The position numbers and the translations under genes were made by a program. Positions 25,052 through 37,030 of a stretch of 64,000 nt of DNA are shown one piece after another. Source of the stretch: Burkholderiales bacterium (GTDB lineage Bacteria; Pseudomonadota; Gammaproteobacteria; Burkholderiales; Burkholderiaceae_E); NCBI GenBank assembly GCA_003818495.1, contig RPRK01000006.1:2489-66488 (forward strand), in the 5' to 3' direction. Position 1 is the first letter of the stretch; each line of letters begins with the position of its first letter. The notes under the pieces were generated by a model that did not search any database, was not told where the DNA came from, and was given only the letters and a program-made list of their open reading frames with translations.

Positions 25052-27889
25052 ATGGGAAAAGCCCTGATCATCGCAGAGAAGCCGTCCGTCGCCGCCGACA
25101 TCGCGCGCGCGCTGGGCGGCTTCACCAAGCAGGGCGACTACTTCGAGAGCGACGCGTACGTCCTGTCGTCGGCAGTCGGCCACCTGGTCGAAATCGCCGC
25201 GCCGGAGAAGTACGAGGTCAAGCGCGGCAAGTGGTCCTTCGCCAACCTGCCGGTCATTCCGCCCGAGTTCGATCTCAAGCCGATCGAGAAGAGCGCCGAC
25301 CGCCTCAAGCTGCTGACGCGGCTGATCAAGCGCAAGGACGTCGATGCGCTGGTCAACGCCTGCGACGCGGGGCGCGAGGGCGAACTGATCTTCCGGCTGA
25401 TCGTGCAGCACGCCAACGCCCGGCAGCCGATCCGCCGGCTGTGGCTGCAGTCGATGACGACCGGCGCGATCCGCGAGGGGTTCGCCTCGCTGCGCGAGGA
25501 CGGCCAGATGCTGCCGCTCGCCGACGCCGCGCGCTGCCGCTCCGAGGCCGACTGGCTGGTCGGCATCAACGGCACCCGTGCGATGACCGCGTTCAACTCG
25601 CGCGACGGCGGCTTCTACCTGACCACGGTCGGCCGGGTGCAGACCCCGACGCTGACGATCGTCGTCGAGCGCGAGGAGCGGATCCGCAAGTTCGTGCCGC
25701 GCGCCTACTTCGAGGTGAAGGCGAGCTTCGGCGCGAAGGCCGGCACCTACGAAGGCCGCTGGTTCGATCCGGCGTTCCAGCGCAACCCGGCCGACGCCGA
25801 CCTGCGGGCCGAGCGCCTGTGGGACGGCGACAAGGCGCGCGCCATCGTCGCGGACTGCGAAGGCAAGACCGGCACCGTCACCGAGGAGTCTCGGCCGACC
25901 ACGCAGGCCGCCCCGGCGCTGTTCGACCTGACCAGCCTGCAGCGCGACGCCAACGGGCGCTTCGGCTTCTCGGCGAAGACGACGCTGTCGCTGGCCCAGG
26001 CGCTGTACGAGAAGCACAAGGTGCTGACCTACCCCCGGACCGACTCCAAGGCGCTGCCCGAGGACTACGTCGGCACCGTGCGCCAGACGATGGAGATGCT
26101 GGCCGACGTGCATCCGTACGGCCAGTTCTCGAAGCAGGTCCTCAAGAACGACTGGGTCAGGCCGGGCAACAAGCGGATCTTCGACAACACCAAGATCTCC
26201 GACCACCACGCGATCATCCCGACGCTGCAGGCGCCCAAGGCCCTGTCCGACGCCGAGCAGAAGATCTACGACCTGGTGGTCAAGCGCTTCCTGTCGGTGT
26301 TCTTCCCGTCGGCCGAGTTCCGGATCACCACCCGGATCACGACGGTCGAGACGCATGCCTTCAAGACCGAGGGCAAGGTGCTGGTCAGCGCCGGCTGGCT
26401 CGCGATCCACGGACGCGAGGCGATCGAGCAGAAGTCGGGCAAGGACGCCGAGGAAGGCGCCGGCACGCTGGTCGCCGTGGATCCGGACGAGATCGTCCGC
26501 ACCGAGGCCATCGAGGCGCTGTCGCTCGCCACGCGGCCGCCGGCGCGCTTCAACGAGGCCACGCTGCTGTCCGCGATGGAAGGAGCGGGCAAGCTCGTCG
26601 ACGACGAGGACCTGCGCGAGGCGATGGGCACCAAGGGCCTGGGCACGCCGGCCACGCGTGCGCAGGTGATCGAGGGCCTGATCAACGAGAACTACCTGAT
26701 CCGCGAAGGCCGGGACCTGATCCCGACGGCCAAGGCGTTCCAGCTGCTGACGCTGCTGCGCGGGCTGGGCGTGGCCGAGCTCACGATGCCCGAGCTGACG
26801 GGCGAGTGGGAGTACAAGCTCTCGCAGATGGAGCGCGGCCAGCTCGATCGCGACGCGTTCATGCGCGAGATCGCCGAGATGACCGAGCACATCGTCGCGC
26901 GCGCCAAGGGCTACGGCCCGACGGACGTGCCCGGCGACTACGCGACGCTGACCGAGCCGTGCCCGCGCTGCGGCGGCGTGGCCAAGGAGAACTACCGGCG
27001 CTTCGCGTGCACGGCCTGCGACTGGTCGATCACCAAGTCGCCGTCCTCGCGCCTGCTCGAGCCGAGCGAGGCCGAGCAGCTGATGCGCGACAAGACGATC
27101 GGCCCGCTGCACGGCTTCCGCAGCAAGATGGGGCGGCCGTTCTCGGCGATCATCAAGCTGGCCGAGCCCGACTGGAAGCTCGAGTTCGACTTCGGCCAGT
27201 CCGACGCGGGCGACGACGACGAGCCGGTCGACTTCTCGGCGCAGGAGCCGGTGGGCGCGTGCCCGCGCTGCCAGTCGCGGGTCTACGAGCACGGCATGAG
27301 CTACGTGTGCGAGAAGTCGGTGGGTGCGGGGCGCAGCTGCGACTTCCGCTCCGGCAAGGTGATCCTGCAGCAGCCGGTCGAGCGCGAGCAGATGGCCAAG
27401 CTGCTGTCGGAGGGCCGCACCGCGCTGCTCGACGGCTTCGTGTCCTCGCGCACGCGGCGTCGCTTCAAGGCGTTCCTGGTGCGGCAGCCCGACGGCAAGG
27501 TCGGCTTCGAGTTCCAGGCGTCCGCGCCGCGGCCGGGCAAGCCGGGGGCGAAGCCCGCGGCCGGCACGGGTGCGGACGATGCGGCGGGCGGCGCGGACGG
27601 CGATACCGCGGTGGCGACAGCCAAGGTGGCGCGCGTGGCGCCGGCGAAGGCGGGTGCGGCGCGAGGCGCCGCGGCGAAGACGGCTCCGGCCGCGAAACCG
27701 GCCGCCAAGGCGCCCGCGGCGAAGAAGCCGGCGGCGAAGAAGTCCGCAGCGAAGAAGCCGGCCGCGAAGAAGCCGGCCGCCACGAAGGCAGCGACCACCA
27801 CTTCGGCAGCGAAGCAGGTCGCCGCGGCCAAGGCGCCCGCCGTCGGCGCGGCGACGAAGCCGGCCGTGAAGCTTCGCAAGGCCGGCTGA
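25052..27889 (+). CDS. topB: DNA topoisomerase III with zinc-ribbon region and Lys/Ala-rich C-terminal tail
   Basis: TOPRIM start MGKALIIAEKPSVAADIARALGG. Active-site region LYEKHKVLTYPRTDSKALP. CxxC pairs (CPRCGG...CTAC, CPRC...). Tail with AAKKPAAKK repeats. Confidence 0.9.
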   Translation: MGKALIIAEKPSVAADIARALGGFTKQGDYFESDAYVLSSAVGHLVEIAAPEKYEVKRGKWSFANLPVIPPEFDLKPIEKSADRLKLLTRLIKRKDVDALVNACDAGREGELIFRLIVQHANARQPIRRLWLQSMTTGAIREGFASLREDGQMLPLADAARCRSEADWLVGINGTRAMTAFNSRDGGFYLTTVGRVQTPTLTIVVEREERIRKFVPRAYFEVKASFGAKAGTYEGRWFDPAFQRNPADADLRAERLWDGDKARAIVADCEGKTGTVTEESRPTTQAAPALFDLTSLQRDANGRFGFSAKTTLSLAQALYEKHKVLTYPRTDSKALPEDYVGTVRQTMEMLADVHPYGQFSKQVLKNDWVRPGNKRIFDNTKISDHHAIIPTLQAPKALSDAEQKIYDLVVKRFLSVFFPSAEFRITTRITTVETHAFKTEGKVLVSAGWLAIHGREAIEQKSGKDAEEGAGTLVAVDPDEIVRTEAIEALSLATRPPARFNEATLLSAMEGAGKLVDDEDLREAMGTKGLGTPATRAQVIEGLINENYLIREGRDLIPTAKAFQLLTLLRGLGVAELTMPELTGEWEYKLSQMERGQLDRDAFMREIAEMTEHIVARAKGYGPTDVPGDYATLTEPCPRCGGVAKENYRRFACTACDWSITKSPSSRLLEPSEAEQLMRDKTIGPLHGFRSKMGRPFSAIIKLAEPDWKLEFDFGQSDAGDDDEPVDFSAQEPVGACPRCQSRVYEHGMSYVCEKSVGAGRSCDFRSGKVILQQPVEREQMAKLLSEGRTALLDGFVSSRTRRRFKAFLVRQPDGKVGFEFQASAPRPGKPGAKPAAGTGADDAAGGADGDTAVATAKVARVAPAKAGAARGAAAKTAPAAKPAAKAPAAKKPAAKKSAAKKPAAKKPAATKAATTTSAAKQVAAAKAPAVGAATKPAVKLRKAG

Positions 27890-27897
27890 ACGCCCGG

Positions 27898-27921
27898 AGG
27901 ACACGCGCAGCCGCGTGTCCT
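27898..27921 (+). terminator. Stem-loop 9 nt after the topB stop (weak U-tract)
   Basis: AGGACACGCG-CAGC-CGCGTGTCCT, a perfect 10-bp stem, followed by CGTTGCC. Confidence 0.35.
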
Positions 27922-28130
27922 CGTTGCCGAGGGCACCTTCCGAAGACGCCGCGAAGACGGGGTGTCGGCCCGGCTCCGGCCGGGGCCGAAGCCGAACCGC
28001 TGCCGCCTCGCGGCGCACCTGGACCGACCGCGACGCCGCGCCGACGCGGTGCCGTGTCACCGATATGGGGCATACCCCGCATTCGACAGGCGCTCGCGTG
28101 GCGGCGAACGGCAGAACCGCGCCGCGGAGG

Positions 28131-28640
28131 TCAGCGCAGGCGCAGGGGCGCGACGCGGGTGTCGTTGTTGGCTTCGACGAGCCGGATCATCAGCAGCATG
28201 AACTGCTTGCGCTCGGCGGGGTCGAGCTGCTCGATCGTGCGGTCGTGGGCGCGCTGCACGGCGGGCGCCATGCGCCTGACGAGCTCCCGGCCGCGACGCG
28301 TGAGCCGCACGAGCTTGACTCGCCTGTCCTCGGGCCACTGCCGCCGCTCGAGCACGCCCCGCGCCTCGAGCCGGGGCAGCACCTCGGCGGCCGATGTCCG
28401 CTCCAGGCCGATCTCCAGGGCCAGCGTGTTCTGGTCCATCTCGCCGTGCTCGGCGAGCGCGGTGAGCAGGCTGTACTGAACCGGCGTGATGCCGAACGCG
28501 TCGGTCTCCTCGAGGAAGAGCGCCGTGTGGATCTGGTGGAGCCGTCGCATCAGGAACCCGGGACGCCCGAGAAGGGCGGACCGCGCCCGCGCCGCGTCGA
28601 GCGCCGCCTCGCTCGGATCGGGCCGCGCCGCCCGGCTCAT
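28131..28640 (-). CDS. MarR-family transcriptional regulator
   Basis: I start it at MSRAARPD ('cat' at 28638-28640). wHTH: ITPVQYSLLTALAEHGEMDQNTLALEIGLERTSAAEVLPRLEARGVLERRQWPEDRRVKLVRLT. Confidence 0.9.
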   Translation of the reverse strand: MSRAARPDPSEAALDAARARSALLGRPGFLMRRLHQIHTALFLEETDAFGITPVQYSLLTALAEHGEMDQNTLALEIGLERTSAAEVLPRLEARGVLERRQWPEDRRVKLVRLTRRGRELVRRMAPAVQRAHDRTIEQLDPAERKQFMLLMIRLVEANNDTRVAPLRLR

Positions 28641-28742
28641 GTCGGCACCCTCGTGGGACGCATCGCGCATCGCTCCGTGCTGTCGATGGCACGGATTATG
28701 CGTCAGCTCGCGCGTCGACCCAGCGCGCTCCGGCACTCCGTG

Positions 28743-30011
28743 ATGAAGACAACGTTGCTCAAGGGCGGTCGGGTGATCGACCCCACCTGCGATCGGGACG
28801 GCCGTTTCGACGTGCTGGTCGAGGCGGGTCGCATCGCCGCGATCGGCGCCGACCTGCCGGTCCCCGTCGGCCCCGACGTCGAGGTCGTCGATTGCCGCGG
28901 GCGGCTCGTGCTGCCCGGTCTCATCGACACCCATGCCCATGTCTACGAGGGCGTCACCGGCCGCTTCGGGCTGAACGCGGACCTGTGCGGCGTGCACTCG
29001 GGCGTGACGACGCTGATCGACCAGGGCGGCGCGAGCTGCATCACGCTGCCCGGCTTCCGGCGCTACGTGGTGGAGCCGTCGCACACCCGGGTGCTGTCCT
29101 TCCTGTCGGCCTACCTCGTGGGGGGCCTCGAAGGCCACTACTACCCGGAGCTGTACCGCCCCGATTGCCTCGACGTGTCGGCCACCGTGAAGGCCGCCCG
29201 CGGCAACGCGGACCTGGTGCGCGGCCTGAAGGCGCATGCGGAGATCGGCGGCTTCGCGCGCTGGGGCGTCGACGTGATGCGGCTGGCCTCGCGGATGGGA
29301 CGCGAGGCCTCGCTCCCGGTCTACATCCACTTCGGACAGCTCTGGCCGCGGCCCGAACAGGGCGGCCTCGCGGTGGACCCCGACTCGATCTTCGACCAGG
29401 TGGTCGAGACCCTGAAGCCCGGGGACATCCTCGCCCATCCGTTCAGTCGCCATCCGGGCGGCTTCGTCGAACTCGACGGCACGCTGCACCCGCTGGTGCA
29501 CGAGGCGGTGGCGCGCGGCCTGAAGATCGACGTCGGTCACGGTTCGCACTTCAGCTATCGGACCGCGCGTATCGTGCTCGACGCCGGTGTCGTGCCGGAC
29601 ACCCTAGGCGCCGACATGCACGGCTACAACACCACGGTGGCGGCGCCGCCGGGCACGCCCGACGTCCATCCGGACGAGGGCGACCACCTCTTCAAGGGCG
29701 CGATCCGCTTCAGCCTCGTGTCGGCGATGACCAGCATGCTGGCACTCGGCCTGCCGCTGCCGCACGTCGTCGCGATGGTCACGCGCAACGCGGCGCGGAT
29801 GGTCGGGATGGAGGGCGAGCTCGGCACGCTGAAGGTCGGCGGCGTCGCCGACGTCAGCGTGCTCGCCGACGAGACCGGACGCTGGGCCCTGCGCGACAAC
29901 GAGGGCACGCAGCTCGTCGCCGAGCGGCTGCTGCGGCCGCTGTTCTGCCTGCGGGGGGGCGTGCGCTTCGACGCCGGGGCCTCGATCCTGCCGCTGGCGC
30001 AGGCGGCCTGA
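28743..30011 (+). CDS. Amidohydrolase-family metallohydrolase (dihydroorotase/deacetylase-like)
   Basis: ATG at 28743. MKTTLLKGGRVIDP...VLPGLIDTHAHVY is the metal-binding HxH motif. Later HA...H and D residues are present. It is divergent from the MarR gene. Confidence 0.85.
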   Translation: MKTTLLKGGRVIDPTCDRDGRFDVLVEAGRIAAIGADLPVPVGPDVEVVDCRGRLVLPGLIDTHAHVYEGVTGRFGLNADLCGVHSGVTTLIDQGGASCITLPGFRRYVVEPSHTRVLSFLSAYLVGGLEGHYYPELYRPDCLDVSATVKAARGNADLVRGLKAHAEIGGFARWGVDVMRLASRMGREASLPVYIHFGQLWPRPEQGGLAVDPDSIFDQVVETLKPGDILAHPFSRHPGGFVELDGTLHPLVHEAVARGLKIDVGHGSHFSYRTARIVLDAGVVPDTLGADMHGYNTTVAAPPGTPDVHPDEGDHLFKGAIRFSLVSAMTSMLALGLPLPHVVAMVTRNAARMVGMEGELGTLKVGGVADVSVLADETGRWALRDNEGTQLVAERLLRPLFCLRGGVRFDAGASILPLAQAA

Positions 30012-30033
30012 TGGGCCCTGCGGCGCTGCGCGT

Positions 30034-30318
30034 TCAGGCAGGCGGCAGCCAGAGTCCGAGCGCGACCCGCTCCCCGTCGGTCAGCGCATCGATCTCGACG
30101 GCCTCGCGGCGCTCCCAGATCAGGCGGCCGTAGAGTGCCCCCAGGGTCGCGACCTCCAGCGTCAGCGACGACTCGGCGCCGCTCGCGGGTTGCGCGGCGC
30201 GTGCTCGATTGATCGCCGCCTCGAGCTCGGCGACGGTGATGCGACGGGGCTTCACGAGCAGCGTCCGCGGGGCGTCGGATGGACCATCGGTCGACGGTAG
30301 CACACCGGTCGTGGGCAT
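30034..30318 (-). CDS. Small hypothetical protein (DUF3717-like)
   Basis: 94-aa ORF with high GC3. ITVAELEAAINRAR...LGALYGRLIW resembles my recollection of DUF3717. Not verified. Confidence 0.45.
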   Translation of the reverse strand: MPTTGVLPSTDGPSDAPRTLLVKPRRITVAELEAAINRARAAQPASGAESSLTLEVATLGALYGRLIWERREAVEIDALTDGERVALGLWLPPA

Positions 30319-30380
30319 TTCCGTGACGTCCGGCCGGCGCTGTGTTCCTCGGACGGGCCTCGACCGTTAATGTCGGCATC

Positions 30381-30977
30381 ATGACCGCGTTCGACAGCCT
30401 GCCCGGTGCCGTCGCCGCCGCGGACCCGTCCGAGTCGGCCTCCTCCCGCCCGCTCCCCGACTGGGTCTTCGGCTACGGCTCCCTCATCTGGAACCCCGGC
30501 TTCGAGTTCCACGAGGCCTGCCTCGCCCAGGTCCACGGCTACCACCGCACCTTCTGCATCCGCTCGACCCGCTACCGCGGCACGCCCGAGCAGCCCGGCG
30601 TCGTCCTGGGGCTGGATCGCGGCGGGTCGTGCGTCGGCATGGCGTTCCGCCTGCGCCCCGACTCGCGCCGGCAGGCCATCGACGGCCTCTACGAACGCGA
30701 GATGAGCGGCGGCGTCTACGTCGCCCGGATGCTGTCCGCGGTCCTGGCCGACGGTCGACGTGTGCAGGCACTCGCTTTCACCGCCAATCGCGCCAGTGCT
30801 TCGTACGAATGCCTGAGCGATGACGAGATCGTCCGCCGTCTCAGCGCCTGCTGCGGCCAGCGCGGCCGCAACCGCGAGTACGCGATCCGGACCTGGCACA
30901 GCCTCGCCGAGCACGGCGTGCACTGCCCGCACCTGGCCGCGGTCGGTCGCCGACTGCTCGCCGCCGGCTGCGACTGA
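30381..30977 (+). CDS. ChaC-family gamma-glutamylcyclotransferase
   Basis: ATG at 30381. WVFGYGSLIWNPGFEF...GYHRTFC...RGTPEQPGVVLGLDRGGSCVGMAFR is the ChaC signature. Confidence 0.85.
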   Translation: MTAFDSLPGAVAAADPSESASSRPLPDWVFGYGSLIWNPGFEFHEACLAQVHGYHRTFCIRSTRYRGTPEQPGVVLGLDRGGSCVGMAFRLRPDSRRQAIDGLYEREMSGGVYVARMLSAVLADGRRVQALAFTANRASASYECLSDDEIVRRLSACCGQRGRNREYAIRTWHSLAEHGVHCPHLAAVGRRLLAAGCD

Positions 30978-31074
30978 ACCCGGCGGGGCACGCCCCCGAC
31001 GAGACCGAAACGGGACACGAACGCGCCCACCCCGAGACACGGGGTCATCGTCGCGTGATCTCGGCTGCGCACAC

Positions 31075-31158
31075 TTCATCCCGGGTTCTCTCTCCAGCTC
31101 CATTCCTCCCTCCACTGGAGCCTTGGGCCGGTCCTTCGGGAGCCGGCCCTTTTCTTTG
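31075..31158 (+). ncRNA. Candidate small RNA A: hairpin with CU-rich loop plus intrinsic terminator (5' end unknown)
   Basis: Lies in a 410-nt gap with no coding-like ORF. Hairpin CTCCAG (31092-97) / CTGGAG (31115-20) presents the loop CUCCAUUCCUCCCUCCA. A GC-rich stem with U-tract follows. Confidence 0.4.
31125..31158 (+). terminator. Rho-independent terminator
   Basis: GGGCCGGTCC-TTCG-GGA(G)CCGGCCC followed by TTTTCTTTG. It is one of only two clear stem-plus-T-tract terminators I found in the window. Confidence 0.75.
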
Positions 31159-31389
31159 GACTGCCACCCCTTGGACGCGGCACCGGTCGTGCCGCGCGTC
31201 GGCCCGACCGGCAGGCCTGTGCCCGGAACCGGGGCCGCTCGATAATCGCGAGGCGGCTCGACTTCGCGTCGAGCGGCGCCACCGATCGCCGACCGACCCC
31301 GCCATGACGCCCCGCCCTCGCCTCGCGACAGGACCCCGCACCACCGTCCGACCCGGGCGGGCAGGCACGCGGCGAGACCCGATCCGCCG

Positions 31390-33690
<2,301 letters not shown>

Positions 33691-33733
33691 GGCCCGGACG
33701 GGCCGCGGCGGGCGGCCCGGTAGAATCCGTCCC

Positions 33734-34933
33734 ATGAAAGCATGGCGCCGGGTCGGCGCGGTTCTCGCAGTGCTCGCGATCGCGGGCGGGCTCGCCTGGC
33801 GGGCGTGGCGACCCGAGCCGGTGGCGCTCGTGTCGGTCGCCGAGGCGCCCCTCGTCCAGTCCCTCGTGTTCTCCGGGCGCGTCGCGGCGCCCGTGCGGGT
33901 CGACCTGGGCGCGACGGTCACCGGTCGGGTCGTCGAGGTCGCGGTCCGCGAGGGCGATGCCGTGCGCGAGGGCGACCTGCTCGCACGGCTCGAGTCGGCG
34001 GAGCTGCAGGCCCAGGTGTCGCAGGCCCAGGCGGCGCTGCGTCTGGCCGAGGCGCGGGTCGTCGGCCAGCGCGAGGTCGGGGTGCCGACCGCCGATGCGG
34101 CGCTCGAGACGGCCCGCGCGACCCTCGACGCGGCGCAGCGCGAAGCCCGCCGCAGCCGCGACCTGTTCGCCCGCGGCTACGTGTCGCAGGCACGGATCGA
34201 CGAGACCGATCGCGCGGTGCGCATCGCGCAGGCGCAGCTCGAGGCCGCCGGCGCCGGCGCCCGCGCCAACGCGGGCCGCGGGACCGAGGCGGAGCAGGCC
34301 CGGCTGCGCGCCGACGAGGCGCGGGCGGCGGCGGGTCTCGCGCAGGCCCGCCTCGCGCAGGCACGGATCGTCGCCCCGGCCGACGGCCGCATCGTGACCC
34401 GCCTGGTGGAGCCGGGGCAGATCGTGCAGCCCGGCCGCACGCTGTTCGCGTTCGCCGCGACCGGGGCCACCCAGCTGGTCGGGCAGGCCGACGAGAAGTT
34501 CCTCTCCCAGCTCGCCATCGGACAGGCCGCGCGGGTCGTCGCCGACGCCTTCCCGCAGCAGCCGTTCGAGGCGCGGGTGCTCCGCATCGCGCCCGGCGTC
34601 GATGCGCAGCGCGGCACCGTCGAGGTGAAGTTCGAGGTCGCCGCGCCGCCGCCGTTCCTGCGCGAGGACATGACGCTGTCGATGGAGGTGACCACCGACC
34701 GGCGCGAGCGCGGCCTCACGCTGCCGGCGACGGCGGTGATCGGCGCGGGCGCCGAGGCGCGCGTGCGGCGCCTGGCCGACGGCCGGGTCGTCGAGCAGCC
34801 GGTGCGGATCGGCCTGCGCACGCTCGCCCGGCTCGAGATCGTCGACGGCCTCGCAGCGGGCGACGCGGTGCTCGCCGACCCGCTCGCGATCGAGCCCGGC
34901 GCGCGGGCGCGCGCCGCCGGCGACGGCCGCTGA
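33734..34933 (+). CDS. HlyD/MacA-type periplasmic adaptor subunit
   Basis: N-terminal anchor (VGAVLAVLAIAGGLAW). Lipoyl-like VTGRVVEVAVREGDAVREGDLLARLE. Long coiled coil, then beta-barrel and MP domains. Confidence 0.85.
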   Translation: MKAWRRVGAVLAVLAIAGGLAWRAWRPEPVALVSVAEAPLVQSLVFSGRVAAPVRVDLGATVTGRVVEVAVREGDAVREGDLLARLESAELQAQVSQAQAALRLAEARVVGQREVGVPTADAALETARATLDAAQREARRSRDLFARGYVSQARIDETDRAVRIAQAQLEAAGAGARANAGRGTEAEQARLRADEARAAAGLAQARLAQARIVAPADGRIVTRLVEPGQIVQPGRTLFAFAATGATQLVGQADEKFLSQLAIGQAARVVADAFPQQPFEARVLRIAPGVDAQRGTVEVKFEVAAPPPFLREDMTLSMEVTTDRRERGLTLPATAVIGAGAEARVRRLADGRVVEQPVRIGLRTLARLEIVDGLAAGDAVLADPLAIEPGARARAAGDGR

Positions 34934-34948
34934 GCGCCGGCCGGGGCC

Positions 34949-36166
34949 ATGGGCTTCGCCTGGCGCATCGCGGTCCGCTTCCTGGTCGAAGGGAAGATGC
35001 AGACGCTGCTGCTGATCGTCGGCGTGGCGATGGGCGTGGCGGTCGTCACGTACATCACCGCCCTGATCGACGGCCTGCAGGCCAACACCATCCGCCGCAC
35101 GCTCGGCGTGCAGCCCCACCTGACGATCCGTCCGGTGAAGGACGTGCCGCTCGCCGGCCGGGTGGGCACGCCGGGGGCGGACGTGTCGGCGCAGGAGCAG
35201 CCGCGCGCCCAGCGGACCCGCTCCATCGAGAACTGGGCGCCGCTCGCCCGCTCTCTCGAGACGACGCCCGGGATCGTCGCGGTCTCGCCGATGGCGGGCG
35301 GCACCGCGCTCGCGCTGCGCGGTGAAGGCAGCCGCGCCGTCGCGATCGTCGGCGTCGAGCTCGAGCGCTACGACCGCATCGCCGCGCTGTCCGACAAGAT
35401 CGTCGAGGGCACGGCGCGCCTCGGTCCGGGCGAGGCGATCGTGGGTCGCGAGCTCGCCGAGGACCTCGGCGTGCGCCTGGGCGACCGGTTCTCGCTGTCG
35501 ATCGATCGCGACACCACCGAGTCGCTGCGCGCGGTCGCCATCTTCGACGTCGGCGTGCGCGACGTGAACCGTCGCAACGTGTACCTGCCGCTGCGCACCG
35601 CGCAGAGCCTGCTCGGCATCCCGGGCGGCGTCACCCAGCTCGACCTGACGGTGACCGAGGTGTTCGAGGCGGAGTCCGTCGCGGCACGGCTGCGCGCGCG
35701 GCTGCCGTACGAGATCGAGAGCTGGATGCAGACCAACAGCCAGCTGCTGTCGGCGCTCGACGCGCAGACGCTGTCGACGCGGCTGATCCGCGCGGTGGTC
35801 ATGATCGTGGTGGTGCTGGGCATCGCGAGCGTGCTGGTGGTGTCGGTCGTGCAGAAGCGCAAGGAGATCGGCATCCTGCGCGCGATGGGCGCCTCGCGCG
35901 CGCAGATGACGCGGGTGTTCCTGATGCAGGGGGCGCTGGTGAGCGCGGCGGGCTCGGTGCTCGGTGCCGGGATCGCCTGGGCGATGGTGGCCGCGTTCAG
36001 CGCGCTGGTGCGGGGCGCCGACGGTCGCCCGCTGTTTCCGATCACGCTCGACCTCGAGACCTTCGCCTGGGTCGCGGCGGGTGCGACGCTCGCGGGGGTG
36101 CTGGCCGCGGTCGCGCCCGCACGGCGCGCCGCGGCGCTCGACCCGGCGCAGGCGATCCGCCTGTGA
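34949..36166 (+). CDS. ABC transporter permease, FtsX/LolC-like
   Basis: TM1, a ~230-aa periplasmic domain, then three C-terminal TMs containing [13 protein letters not shown], the FtsX-family signature. Confidence 0.85.
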   Translation: MGFAWRIAVRFLVEGKMQTLLLIVGVAMGVAVVTYITALIDGLQANTIRRTLGVQPHLTIRPVKDVPLAGRVGTPGADVSAQEQPRAQRTRSIENWAPLARSLETTPGIVAVSPMAGGTALALRGEGSRAVAIVGVELERYDRIAALSDKIVEGTARLGPGEAIVGRELAEDLGVRLGDRFSLSIDRDTTESLRAVAIFDVGVRDVNRRNVYLPLRTAQSLLGIPGGVTQLDLTVTEVFEAESVAARLRARLPYEIESWMQTNSQLLSALDAQTLSTRLIRAVVMIVVVLGIASVLVVSVVQKRKEIGILRAMGASRAQMTRVFLMQGALVSAAGSVLGAGIAWAMVAAFSALVRGADGRPLFPITLDLETFAWVAAGATLAGVLAAVAPARRAAALDPAQAIRL

Positions 36167-36176
36167 GGCGACCCGC

Positions 36177-36884
36177 ATGACCCCCCCGCCCGCAGACCCG
36201 TCCGCGGTGCCGGTGGTCGCGCTGAGCGGCGTGCGAAAGTCGTACGACATCGGCACGCCGATCGAGGCCGAGGTGCTGCACGGCATCGACCTCGTGCTCG
36301 GGCGCGGCGAGTTCGCCGCGATGGTCGGTCCGTCGGGCTCGGGCAAGAGCACGCTGCTGACGCTCATCGGACTGCTCGAGCGGCCCACCTCGGGGGAGTA
36401 CCGGCTGCAGGGACGCCGCATCGACGCGCTCGACGACGATGCGCTCACGCGCGCCCGGCTCGACACGCTCGGCTTCGTCTTCCAGTTCCACCACCTGCTG
36501 CCGGCGTTCGACGCGCTGGAGAACGTCGCGATGCCCGCGCTGATCCGCGACGGACGCATCGACGCGGCGGCGCGCGCGCGGGCCGCCGCGCTGCTCGACG
36601 CCGTCGGCCTGGCCGATGCGAAGCACCGCCGGCCGGCGCAGCTCTCCGGCGGCATGCAGCAGCGCGTGGCGATCGCCCGCGCGCTGATGCACGATCCGCC
36701 GCTGGTGCTGGCCGACGAGCCGACCGGCAACCTCGACACCGCCTCGTCGACGGCGGCATTCGAGCTGATGCGCCGGTTCAATCGCGAATCGGGTACCGCC
36801 TTCCTCATCGTCACCCACGACACCCGCATCGCGGACCGCTGCGACCGGGTGATCGAGCTGATCGACGGGCGGCTGGCGGGCTGA
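36177..36884 (+). CDS. ABC transporter ATP-binding protein (LolD/MacB-type)
   Basis: ATG at 36177. Walker [10 protein letters not shown], signature [15 protein letters not shown], Walker [14 protein letters not shown]-loop TH. Confidence 0.9.
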   Translation: MTPPPADPSAVPVVALSGVRKSYDIGTPIEAEVLHGIDLVLGRGEFAAMVGPSGSGKSTLLTLIGLLERPTSGEYRLQGRRIDALDDDALTRARLDTLGFVFQFHHLLPAFDALENVAMPALIRDGRIDAAARARAAALLDAVGLADAKHRRPAQLSGGMQQRVAIARALMHDPPLVLADEPTGNLDTASSTAAFELMRRFNRESGTAFLIVTHDTRIADRCDRVIELIDGRLAG

Positions 36885-36897
36885 GGCGCCGCGGCAT

Positions 36898-36941
36898 CGA
36901 CCGTCGTGCGACCGTCGTGCGACCGTCGTGCGGCAGTCGTG
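36898..36941. repeat. 4 x 11-nt tandem repeat (CGACCGTCGTG; last copy diverged)
   Basis: Units at 36898-908, 36909-19, 36920-30 and 36931-41. Intergenic, 14 nt after the ABC ATPase stop. Confidence 0.85.
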
Positions 36942-37030
36942 CGGCCGGCATCGCGTTCCGGGCCCAGGGCCGGTGCGCGGCCTGGCCGGGCCCGGGGCCC
37001 GTATGATCCGGCGACCCGTCCGCCGCCGCC

